64,000 bases of DNA from Chloroflexota bacterium. Its GTDB lineage: Bacteria; Chloroflexota; UBA6077; SHYK01. Position 1 is the stretch's first letter; the number at the start of each line of letters is the position of its first letter. Below, piece after piece: positions 47,682 through 56,927 of the stretch. Made by a program: the position numbers and the translations under genes. The notes below the pieces were generated by a model, which searched no databases, was not told where the DNA came from, and saw nothing but the letters and a program-made list of their open reading frames with translations. The stretch covers positions 4,325 through 68,324 of the forward strand of contig JACQOR010000078.1 of the NCBI GenBank assembly GCA_016202435.1. The letters are read 5' to 3'.

Positions 47682-50513
47682 TTACTGGCGGCTCAACAAC
47701 GCCAACCGGTTGAGGGTTTCTTCCAGGGCTTTCAACTCTTCGCCGTATCGGGCGAAGTCGCCCGCTCGGAGGGCACCCTGTGCGCTCTCGAAGCGCCGTT
47801 GAGCTTCTGCCGCCAATTGGGACAGAGTCTGGGGGACGGCAACCGGGGCGGGCGCACCGGGCGCCGGGGCCGGTGGGGCCGACGGTGGAGCGAACGGCGC
47901 TCCGGGCGCGGCCTGTGGTCCAAAGAGGCGCGTCAGGCCCTCGTCGAGTGATGGCTCCATGACGATACGGCTACCGGTAGCTACGATCACGCGCTTCAGT
48001 TCCGGAAGGGGGCTATCGGTCGCCTGGAGGTAGATCGGCTCGACGTACAAGTTCGAGTTCCCGATTGGGATTACCAACAGGTTGCCTCGGATGACGCGTG
48101 ACCCGGCCTGATTCCATAGCGAAAACTGGGCGGAGATCGTCGGATCCTGATCGATGCGTGTTTCCAGCTGCATGGGACCAAAAACGACCTTGTCCTTCGG
48201 GTACTTGTAGACGAGCAGGCCGCCGTAGTTGGGCGGGTCACTACGCGCGGTGAGCCAGCCGATCATGTTGTCGCGGGTGCCTGGCACGAAGGGGAGCATC
48301 ATGATGAATTCCGGGCTGGCCTCGCCGGGCAGCTTCATGATCACGTAGTAGGGGTCGACCGGCTGACGCTGGTCGTAGAAGATCTCGTTGGGAGTTGCCC
48401 ACACGTCCTCGCGCAGGTAGAAGGTGCGCGGGTCCTCCATGTGGTAGAGGCGATACACGTCCGCCTGGGTACGAAACAGCTCCTCGGGATAGCGGAAATG
48501 GGAGCGGATGGCGGGGGGGGCGTCTTCCTGCGGCGAGAACAGGCGCGGGAAAATCCGCTGGTAGGTTTGGATCAGAGGATCCGAGGGTTCCGTGACATAG
48601 AACCTCATTGAGCCGTCGTAAGCGTTCGTCACGATCTTGACACTGTTGCGGATGTAGTTGAATGCCCGACGGCGGTCAGGCGGGCGATAGGGCTGGGCGT
48701 ACGGGTAGCGGTCGGTCAACGTGTAGGCGTCGTGTACCCAGAAGAGCTGGCCGTCGGCGACGACGAGGTACGGGTCCGGGTCCAAGCGTAAGAACGGGGC
48801 TATGTCTTGGGCTCGCTCGACGATATCCCGCCGGAAGAGCAGGCGGGAGTTCGGCTGCAGCGACTGGTTGAGGATGAGGTTGGCATCCTGAAACTTCAGC
48901 GCGAAGAGGATCCGATTGAGCGTTGAGCCGATTGGCACTCCGGTGTCGGCGGCGTACGTCGTGAAGGCGCCGCTTTCGCCTTGCGGGTAATCGAATTCGG
49001 GGGTATTGGTCTTCACGACTACGTAGTGACTGGTGCTTTCGCCGAAATAGATCTCCGGCCGAGTGATCGGGATTGGGCCCACGGGGGGCACGTCGCGAAT
49101 TGTCAGGTCGGGAAGACCCTCCTGGCTGATGACGTTCACCAGGCTCATGGCGACCCCGTATCCATGCGTGTACTGGAGCTGCCGCGCCACCCACGAACGC
49201 GTCTCCGCCGGCAGGCGGTCGGGGTCCAACTCACGGCCGGCGATCATGACTTGGCGAAGCCGGCCATCCAGCCGATAGCGGTCGATGTCGACATCGGCGA
49301 ATTGGTAGTACTGGCGAATGGCTTGGATCTGGTTGTACGTCTGCAATAGCGGGCGGTGGTCCCAGAGACGGATATTCTCCAGGGTGGCCTGCTCGGTGCC
49401 GAGGACCGCTGCGCTCACGGCGTCCTCAGCCGGAAAGTCGCGCTCCACAATCCTGTCCAGGCCAAATGCCTGGCGGGTGTACTGAATGTTGTAGGCGATG
49501 TAGGGGCGCTCCCGGTCGAGTTCGTTCGGTTTCACGTCGAGGTTCTGCACGAGTGTGGGGAAGATGCCACCGACGAGCACCAGCGACGCCGCCCAAACGG
49601 CCGCGCCGATTGTGACGAGCCGGAAACCTGCGGAGAAGGTGCTGAGAATGCAGAGCACGGCGGCGCCAATCGCGGTGATGGCGAGGATGTACTGAGCCCA
49701 GCGCTGGGCTGACAGGTCGGTGAAACTCGCCCCGTAGGCGGCGCCGCGACTCGAGCGGACGAGATCGAAAAGGTCCAGGATGTGGTTGAAGGCGATGAGC
49801 AAGAAAGCACAGGCTGCGAGAATCAGGAGATGTCCCTTGACTGTGCGGGGCAACCAAAAGCCAACCTGGGACCAGTTGACGGCAAGTTCATAGGTGAAGA
49901 GCAGTGCGTAGGTGGCAACCACCCCGATTGCTACCAGCACGAGAGTGGTGACCAGCCATCCCAGGAACGCCCGGAGGGCCGGCATTTGAAACACGTAAAA
50001 GCCGACGTCTTTGTCAAAAGCCGGATCGGCGATGTTGAAGGGCGACATGTTGAGCACTTGCAGGAGAACCAGCCAACTACCGGAAGCCAGCAGGCCCATC
50101 AACAGCGAGAAGAAGAGCCCGGCGATCACCATGCCGACGCCTATGAGCCGCGCGTATTCCCCCTGAATGCCGATCTGATTTCCGAGCTGGCTGAGCAAGT
50201 CCTCCCATGGGCTCGTGGGCCCGACTCGCCGGGGAGACGGTTGGTACCGGTAGGCGAATCGGCGGGCCAGAGCGACATTCAGGGCGAAGATGCCGAAAAA
50301 GGCCAGAGCGGCGAGGGCAAAGAGGATAACTCTGGCCCCCACCGTGGTGACAAAAACGCTACTTACGCCCACGCTCTCAAACCACATCCACTCGGTCGCG
50401 AAGTCCGCGACGCCCAGAACGATGAATAGGAGAACGAGGGCGATGATCCCGATGATCATCTGGGGGGAAATGCTGGGCCGAAACGGTTCTTCGCGAGGAG
50501 GAAACGTGTCCAA
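47682..50513 (-). CDS. UPF0182-family large membrane protein
   Basis: 943 aa, ~7 N-terminal TM helices, then YYVIMKLPGE...EFIMMLPF.P..R.NM..WL.ARSD and GNLLVIPIGNSNLYVEPIYLQA blocks characteristic of UPF0182/COG1615 (from memory). Confidence 0.8.
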   Translation of the reverse strand: MDTFPPREEPFRPSISPQMIIGIIALVLLFIVLGVADFATEWMWFESVGVSSVFVTTVGARVILFALAALAFFGIFALNVALARRFAYRYQPSPRRVGPTSPWEDLLSQLGNQIGIQGEYARLIGVGMVIAGLFFSLLMGLLASGSWLVLLQVLNMSPFNIADPAFDKDVGFYVFQMPALRAFLGWLVTTLVLVAIGVVATYALLFTYELAVNWSQVGFWLPRTVKGHLLILAACAFLLIAFNHILDLFDLVRSSRGAAYGASFTDLSAQRWAQYILAITAIGAAVLCILSTFSAGFRLVTIGAAVWAASLVLVGGIFPTLVQNLDVKPNELDRERPYIAYNIQYTRQAFGLDRIVERDFPAEDAVSAAVLGTEQATLENIRLWDHRPLLQTYNQIQAIRQYYQFADVDIDRYRLDGRLRQVMIAGRELDPDRLPAETRSWVARQLQYTHGYGVAMSLVNVISQEGLPDLTIRDVPPVGPIPITRPEIYFGESTSHYVVVKTNTPEFDYPQGESGAFTTYAADTGVPIGSTLNRILFALKFQDANLILNQSLQPNSRLLFRRDIVERAQDIAPFLRLDPDPYLVVADGQLFWVHDAYTLTDRYPYAQPYRPPDRRRAFNYIRNSVKIVTNAYDGSMRFYVTEPSDPLIQTYQRIFPRLFSPQEDAPPAIRSHFRYPEELFRTQADVYRLYHMEDPRTFYLREDVWATPNEIFYDQRQPVDPYYVIMKLPGEASPEFIMMLPFVPGTRDNMIGWLTARSDPPNYGGLLVYKYPKDKVVFGPMQLETRIDQDPTISAQFSLWNQAGSRVIRGNLLVIPIGNSNLYVEPIYLQATDSPLPELKRVIVATGSRIVMEPSLDEGLTRLFGPQAAPGAPFAPPSAPPAPAPGAPAPVAVPQTLSQLAAEAQRRFESAQGALRAGDFARYGEELKALEETLNRLALLSRQ

Positions 50514-51485
50514 ACGCTTGGCATCCTCTTGCGAGAGCGATCGGCGTCTTTCGGCCGACAGGGGATTCTACACCGGGCTAAACATCGTGGCGTCGTTGAC
50601 CGATAGCCAAGCAGCGGGAATTGCCCTGCGCGGGAGGCGGGTGACCGGTGAATCTTCCGGCGGTGTCTGCGCGCAAGCTCCTCGATCAGAGTCTCGATCC
50701 GGATCAGCGGGGCGCGCTCTGGTCCCAGCTCGTGGTGAGGGTTATCGTCGAGAAAGCTGGCGAGTCGGGCTGGCTGCCAGCTTCGGTGCGGGAAGATCCG
50801 GACCGGAACAGCGAGAGGCGCTAGAACCGCGAGGGGCGCGTCGTCCACCTCGGGTCGCGGCTCCAGTCCAAGAGGTGGCTCCGAGGGGCACCAGCACGCT
50901 GCGACGTGTCTCCCCCGGCGGCCTGTAACGCTCCGGGTGCCTGCGCGTTGGTACACTCGGATTGCGACCAGGAGACCACCATGCGCTGCGGCGCCGAATC
51001 GCTGCTTGAGGACCTCCAGGACGAACGGTTGACAACCAGGGAGAGGCACGCTCTGTGGTCGCTCTTGCTGGTTAGGGCCTTGATCGACCACCGACAGGCT
51101 GCCGATCGGAGCCGGTTCAGGTCCAGCGCCGCTGAGCGGGGCAAGCAGCGCTCGGAGCTACAGCCACGCCGCCATCGCCGCTCCGCCGCTTAGGTCTTTG
51201 CGACCCGAGAAACGGACTTTGCGCGTCTAAGCAGCGCTCATGAGATCCGGAGCCTGCTCCGTTGTCCCGGGAGCCGAGTCCGAGGAGCCGACCGTGTCTC
51301 CACGCGTGTTACCATCCGGCAAGGTCTCTCCGTGAGCCTTCGCTTTTCGGGGGCAGGCGTATGTTCGACTTGGCCGGGCTTTCGAACTGAGAGCGGATAT
51401 GGTGGCACCCGCAGCCCCTTAGGGACTTCGTACCGAATGGACGCGGACCCAAGGCGGGAACGATCTGTCAGGAGATGGACAGGAA

Positions 51486-51902
51486 ATGGCGGTGAGCGGA
51501 GAACTGATCCGACTCTTCTACGAACTGTGGGAGTCTTCACAGGGTGGATGTGAATACTTCGAAACTGCGCCAACTCTCCCCGAGTCCCTTGAGAAACTGC
51601 CACGCTCTAATGCCGGCGAGGTCCAACGCGCACTGCGGAATCTGAACCGAATTGGCCACCTCACGGAGTATGGAGGGCTACCGGGGGAGTTTGTCGCGGG
51701 TCTGATCGGGAAGGAAGCGATTCGGGCGATCACGAGGGCTAGGCCCCTGATTGAAGAGGCGCGAACCCGCCGTGAAGAACCGGACTATCTGGGGTACGTC
51801 GACAAGTTGCTCGGCGTGTGCCAGCAGGCATTTCCGGAGTATGAGCCGAAGTACCGATTTGAACCGCACGCTGCCTTCGGTCTGGCGCGGGACGCGGGGT
51901 GA
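51486..51902 (+). CDS. Hypothetical protein (138 aa)
   Basis: Protein-like composition, AGGAGA upstream; no motif recognised. Confidence 0.35.
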   Translation: MAVSGELIRLFYELWESSQGGCEYFETAPTLPESLEKLPRSNAGEVQRALRNLNRIGHLTEYGGLPGEFVAGLIGKEAIRAITRARPLIEEARTRREEPDYLGYVDKLLGVCQQAFPEYEPKYRFEPHAAFGLARDAG

Positions 51903-51967
51903 TTCTCTGGGCGGCTTTGTCCCGGGCGGGCCGATAGCCTCGCCTGCTCGCAGGGCGAGAGGAGAGG

Positions 51968-52160
51968 CTAGCTCTCTCCGGCCCGGTTCGGGAGGAGCAC
52001 GATTCCGTTGGGACCCGATCCAACCGGGATCGACGCCAGAAGCTCGCCGGTCGCTGTGTCCAGGATGGAGAGGTCGCCGCTGAAGATGTTGGCGGCGTAG
52101 CGAGCCGCTCCCAGAGGTCGCATCGCTGGGGCTGACGTCCGTTGCCCTGTGAGCAGGTCG
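51968..52160 (-). pseudogene. C-terminal stub of a YVTN beta-propeller gene (paralogue of 56928-57983)
   Basis: Translates to ...YAANIFSGDLSILDTATGELLASIPVGSGPNGIVLLPNRAGES* versus ...YAANIFSGDVSVLDIATGELIASIPAGSGPDGIVLLPKPAGES* in the full gene; no propeller blades upstream. Confidence 0.75.
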
Positions 52161-52274
52161 CGGAGCGAAACCTCAACACGCCTAGCCGGGGTGCCGCCGG
52201 GCGGGAGACTGATTGGGAAGCGGTGTGAGGGCTGCGGTGTTGCCGGCTTCCGGGGGTCGACAGTTCGCTTGCTG

Positions 52275-53723
52275 TTACTCTTTCACCGACGGGTCTGGGA
52301 TCGCAGCCTCGACACGCGTGCCGCGCCCTAGCGCTGAGTCCAGGATCAGCTCGCCGCCCACCAGTTGGGCGCGCTCCTGCATCCCCACCAGCCCCAGGTG
52401 CCCCTCCCGGTTTTGGCCCTGCCGGCTCTCATGAAGATCGAACCCTACCCCGTTGTCATACAGGCTCAGCCGCACCGCATTCGACTCAAAAGCCAAGGTA
52501 ACCAACACCTGAGTGGCCGACGCATGGTACTCGACGTTGTGCAGCGCTTCCTGGGCAATCCGGTAAAGTGCCAACTCTGACTCCGGGGACAGGCGACGCT
52601 CCCGCCCCTCTACACGGAATAGGCTCCTCAGGCTGACCCGACTCTCCAGATCGGTTAGCAGCTTCTGGATGGCCGTGCCTAGCCCGAGATCCTCCAGAGT
52701 GGGTGGACGGAGAGCGCTCGCGAAGGTGCGCAGGCTCTGCACGACGCCTTCGACTGTGAGGCGTGCCTGCTTGAGCTCGATGGCCATTCTCGTCGAAGAG
52801 GACCGCCGGGCATACTCGACGCTGTCGAGCTGCCGGCAGAGCAGCATCAACTCCTGGGCAGCCACGTCGTGTAGCTCTTGGGAAATGCGCCTCCGCTCGT
52901 CCTCCTGTGCACGCAAGATCCGGGCCGCGTAGGCTCGCAACTCCGCGCTCCGGCGGCGCGCTTCGGTGGCGTCCGAGAGCACAGCCTGAACGATCCCCTC
53001 GCCCTCGGTGCCGGCCAGCCTCGTCGAGGTCGACTCCAAGTACATCAGGCTCCCGTCGGACCGCTCCAACACCAGATCGCCCCGTCCCGATCGGTGCAAT
53101 CCGGGCGAAAGCAGGTGCCGCGCCCCGTCTTCTCCCAATAGCTCCGCAACCCGCCGTCCTTTCACGAGTTCGGAGGTGCTCCCGAATAAGAGTCCGGCAG
53201 GAGGGTTCACTTCCAATATCTCACCAGCGTCGCTCAGAACGAGAATGGCAGCCGGACTGGACTCGAACAGACTCCGATAGCGGGCCGAGGTCACCTGAAG
53301 GAGGTTGCGAGCCCGCGTCTCTTGCTCCACGCGGTGACCCACAAACACCGCGATGGCGTTGAAGATACCCAGCTGCGAGAGTTCCTCTACGCGCCCGAGT
53401 CCGTGGTGGAACAGCAACACGTTGGGGACGGCAAGGAGTGTGCACCACACAGTGGTAGCTAGGGACCCGGAGAAGCCGAAATTGAGGGCCGCGTAGATAA
53501 CCGGGATGAAGAAGAAAGAGATCGGGACGAAGAAGACGGCCCGAAGGTTGGCCGGGACGAACTGCTGTAGCCAGGCGATCTCCAAAGCGGCGTGCGCGGC
53601 CGCCATCAGCATGACCAGCCCCTGGAGAGCCCAGAAGCGCCAGTCGTGCACGCGCGGGCGGTACGGGTACAGACGCTCTAGGAGCAGCCGAGGCGAGTGC
53701 TGGAGAGAAGGGGCTAGAGTCAT
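52275..53723 (-). CDS. Sensor histidine kinase (membrane domain + PAS + HisKA_3 + HATPase)
   Basis: ATGA overlap with the response-regulator stop; H-box ISQELHDVAAQEL, DNGVGF, GLVGMQERA; several N-terminal TM segments. Confidence 0.88.
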   Translation of the reverse strand: MTLAPSLQHSPRLLLERLYPYRPRVHDWRFWALQGLVMLMAAAHAALEIAWLQQFVPANLRAVFFVPISFFFIPVIYAALNFGFSGSLATTVWCTLLAVPNVLLFHHGLGRVEELSQLGIFNAIAVFVGHRVEQETRARNLLQVTSARYRSLFESSPAAILVLSDAGEILEVNPPAGLLFGSTSELVKGRRVAELLGEDGARHLLSPGLHRSGRGDLVLERSDGSLMYLESTSTRLAGTEGEGIVQAVLSDATEARRRSAELRAYAARILRAQEDERRRISQELHDVAAQELMLLCRQLDSVEYARRSSSTRMAIELKQARLTVEGVVQSLRTFASALRPPTLEDLGLGTAIQKLLTDLESRVSLRSLFRVEGRERRLSPESELALYRIAQEALHNVEYHASATQVLVTLAFESNAVRLSLYDNGVGFDLHESRQGQNREGHLGLVGMQERAQLVGGELILDSALGRGTRVEAAIPDPSVKE

Positions 53724-54394
53724 CCCTCGTCCTCCGGCGAGACCCACCCGCGAGCTACCGCGAAGAGCACTGCCTCTACACGGGTGCTCGCGCCTAGCTT
53801 GGAGAGGATGCTGTTGAAGTGGCCTTCCACAGTCCGAATGCTGATGAAGAGATGGCCGGCAATGGCTTGGTTGCGGTAGCCCCGCGCGGCCAACTCCAGC
53901 ACCTCACGCTCCCTAGGACTGAGCAGCTGCCCTGGCTCCCGGTGCGCCTGCCCGCGCCGACGCCACAAACGGCCCAGCTTCGCGGTGATGGCCGGATGGA
54001 GCACCGCTTCCGCACGGTGGACAGCCCGAATCGCCTCAACCAGATCGTCGGCCTCTGCCGTCTTGAGGAAATATCCCATGGCGCCCGCGTCCAGCATGGC
54101 TATGACGTAGTCGTCATCGTCGTGCGCGGTCAGGACCAGCACCCGCGAGCTGGTCTGCTTCTCCCGTAAGGCCCGCGCCACCTCGAGGCCGCTGAGCCCC
54201 GGCAACCCGATATCCAGTAAGACCACATCAGGCCGGAGTTGGTCCACCAGTTCTAAGACTTGGCGGCCATCGCTGGCCTCACCCACGACGCGCAGGTCCT
54301 CATGCTGTTCCAGGATCCGGCGGGTGCCGGTCCGAACGAGAGCGTGGTCCTCGGCCAGCAAGATCCGGATGGGCAACGTGAACTCACTTTGCAT
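53720..54394 (-). CDS. NarL/LuxR-family response regulator
   Basis: REC domain (ILLAEDH, VVLLDIGLPG), LuxR HTH (LSPREREVLELAARGYRNQAIAGHLFISIRTVEGH); ATG 54394 preferred over 54433. Confidence 0.9.
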   Translation of the reverse strand: MQSEFTLPIRILLAEDHALVRTGTRRILEQHEDLRVVGEASDGRQVLELVDQLRPDVVLLDIGLPGLSGLEVARALREKQTSSRVLVLTAHDDDDYVIAMLDAGAMGYFLKTAEADDLVEAIRAVHRAEAVLHPAITAKLGRLWRRRGQAHREPGQLLSPREREVLELAARGYRNQAIAGHLFISIRTVEGHFNSILSKLGASTRVEAVLFAVARGWVSPEDEG

Positions 54395-54593
54395 GAACTC
54401 ATTTTGATTGTAAACGCGCAGACGCCGATCCACGCGCGTGTGAGCACCCGCCGCGTCAGGTAGGTGCTGGTACGTGTCGGCGACACGAAGCTACCCGGAT
54501 GTGGGCCTGCCTCACGGAGCGCACACTCATAGCAGAGTGTTCGAGATGCTCCAAGGGCTGCCCCAGAACGAAGACAGAACGGAGGAAAGAACT

Positions 54594-55127
54594 GTGAGAG
54601 GGAACCTAGCATTGGCCGTGGTCCTGCTGGCCTTGGTTCTGGTGGCCACCGGCTGCAGCGGTGGCGCGCCCGCGACAATGACCGCAGGCTCGGGCCCGGT
54701 CGATATCAAGCTCACCGACTTTGCCTTCTCCCCAGGTGTAGTGCGTCTTCAGACAGGTAGGGAGGTCTCTTTCGCCCTTACCAACGACGGGAAAATCGAA
54801 CACGAGTTTATGGTGGGCCGGCAGCGTGCATCTATGGGTGGCTACGAGCAGGACCTGTTTGCGGGAGTCCACGTCCGAGCCAGCGGGGAAGGATATGCCC
54901 TCGAAACTCCTGGCGAGGCCGCCGGACAGAGCGAGAGCCACGGGACCATGGAACTCGAACGGGGTGCCAACATGGCCCACGGGGGCACCGAGCTCCTGCT
55001 CCGGCCGGGAGGCAGGGCGATAGCGACCTTCACCATCCCCGCGGAGAAAGCTGGAGAATGGGAGATCGGCTGCTTCCTTCCCGGGCATTACGAAGCTGGC
55101 ATGAAGGGTGTGTTGATCGTCTCGTAG
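54594..55127 (+). CDS. Lipoprotein cupredoxin (type-1 copper site) with Met/His-rich insert
   Basis: GTG 54594 after GGAGGA; signal + lipobox LVATGC; ligand pattern H(EHEF)...C-x4-H-x4-M (GCFLPGHYEAGM); insert SESHGTMELERGANMAHGG. Confidence 0.75.
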   Translation: MRGNLALAVVLLALVLVATGCSGGAPATMTAGSGPVDIKLTDFAFSPGVVRLQTGREVSFALTNDGKIEHEFMVGRQRASMGGYEQDLFAGVHVRASGEGYALETPGEAAGQSESHGTMELERGANMAHGGTELLLRPGGRAIATFTIPAEKAGEWEIGCFLPGHYEAGMKGVLIVS

Positions 55128-55260
55128 CCCAGGTCCACCTAAGCCGATCTCCATCTCGCGGCTGCGCGGCCACCATGGCGAAGACGCAGAAGCCGCGCAG
55201 CAGGTCGATCCAAGGTCACGTCGGACGGTGGCTGCCGCTTCGGCCGGCGGGGCTTCGACA

Positions 55261-55292
55261 GGAGATGCACCCGTCTTGATGGGTGCATCTCC
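55261..55292. other. Perfect 12-bp-stem hairpin / inverted repeat
   Basis: GGAGATGCACCC gtcttgat GGGTGCATCTCC; 134 nt downstream of the cupredoxin stop; no U-tract. Confidence 0.6.
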
Positions 55293-55449
55293 AGGGTGGA
55301 CGGCTGAGAACGCTAGCCGGATAGCATCTGAAGGCAAAAGCAAGAGTTTTGCGCAAACCAAGACTCGTACGTTACCGCCCGCGAGGACCTTTTTCTGGCA
55401 AGACCCTGACGCGACCGTCTCGGAGCGACCTTTCCACCTAGACACCATG

Positions 55450-56912
55450 TCGCTTCGCGGCGCCACTGGCAATGAAAAATCGCCTTCGGGTTGAATGAGT
55501 CTAGCAGCGGGCGAAGCGAGGTCGGACCCTTGGTGCTGAGAGCCCGACGCCTAGACTGACCCCGGCAGCGTGGAGCACCACTGATTGTCGCCACCCAGGA
55601 CGGGTGAGCACGCAGGCTAGTTTTCTTGATTCTGCCCTGCCGCACCTGCTGCGCATCTGATGTTTTGGGGGAGGATGCGATGGATCTGGTCCACGAGCGG
55701 TGTAGCGGGCTGGACGTGCATAAGAAGACGGTGGTGGCCTGTGTGATGACCCGGAGGTCGAGAGACGCGGACCTTCGGGACGATGACCGACGACCTGGAG
55801 GCGCTCGCGGAGTGGCTGCAGGGATGCGGCGTCACCCACGTCGCGATGGAGAGCACCGGGGTGTTTTGGAAGCCGATCTACAACGTGCTGGAGACCTACG
55901 ACTTCGAGCTGGTGGTGGTGAATGCCTAGCACATCAAGGCGGTGCCCGGGCGCAAGACGGATGTGAAGGACGCGGAGTGGATTGCCGATCTGCTCCGCCA
56001 TGGGCTGGTACGAGCGAGCTACATCCCGAGCCGAGCGGAGCGCGAATTACGGGAGTTAGTACGCTATCGGAAGGCCTTGGGGCGGGAGCGCGCGACCGAA
56101 GTCAATCGGGTGCAGAAGGTGCTCGAGGGCGCGAACATCAAGCTGGCCGCGGTCGCCTCGGATGTGATGGGTAGGTCCGGCCGGGCAATGATCGAGGCGC
56201 TCATCAATGGGGTCGTGGATCCACGAGGGATGGCCGAGTTGGCCCGGGGCAAGCTCCAAGAGAAGCAGGAGGAACTGGAGCGAGCCTTGCGGGGCGTCGT
56301 GGGTGCCCACCAGCGGATGGTGCTGGCTTCCCAGCTCCGGCACATCGCCTTTCTCGATGAGGAGATCGAGCGGCTTGGTGAGGAGATCGCGGAGCGTCAG
56401 CGCCCTTTCGAAGACGCCCTCAGCCGACTCCAGACGATCCCCGGGATCGGGAGACGGACGGCTGAGGTCATCCTTGCAGAAGTCGGCCCGGACGTCAGCC
56501 GGTTCCCCACCGCCGGCCATCTGGCGGCCTGGGCGGGGCTCTGTCCCGGACAGAACGAAAGCGCCGGCAAGCGCAAGAGCGGAACGACCCGCAAGGGATG
56601 CGTTTGGCTACGAGAGGCACTCGTCGAGTCGGCCCGGTCCGCATCCCGAACCCGCACCTATCTCGGGGCCCAGTACCATCGCCTCGCCGCGCGCCGAGGA
56701 GCCAAGCGAGCCGCCGTCGCGGTTGCCCACACCATCCTGGTGATCGTCTACCACCTACTGAGCAAGAACGATGTCTATCAGGATCTCGGAGCCAACTATT
56801 TCGACGAACGAGACCAAACCGCGACTATCAAGCGCGCCATCACCCGTATCTCCCGCCTCGGCTACGAAGTGACACTCGTGCCACGCGCCGCGTGAGGTCT
56901 ATTTTCATATCA
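55450..56912 (+). mobile_element. IS110-family element (inactive); left boundary not determinable
   Basis: DEDD-type transposase pseudogene; only ~17 nt between its stop and the point (56911) where homology to the 51951 duplicate resumes, fixing the right end; long non-coding 5' region. Confidence 0.6.
55680..56895 (+). pseudogene. IS110-family transposase, inactivated
   Basis: MDLVHERCSGLDVHKKTVVACV N-terminus; frame changes near 55749-55753 (..RETRTFGTMTDDLEALAEWL continues in the next frame); in-frame TAG at 55927-55929 ([22 protein letters not shown]); C-terminal IPGIG..TA..ILAE.G motif. Confidence 0.85.
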
Positions 56913-56927
56913 GGGCGAGAGGAGAGG

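Noticed and set aside
51395-51450. tmRNA/tRNA 3'-end-like string (TGGTGGCACCCGCAGCCCC... on the plus strand, which would read ...CCACCA on the reverse)
   Set aside because: There is no T-arm (no GTTCGAATC-type loop with a paired stem), no upstream tag-peptide reading frame, and no 5' GGGG acceptor partner.
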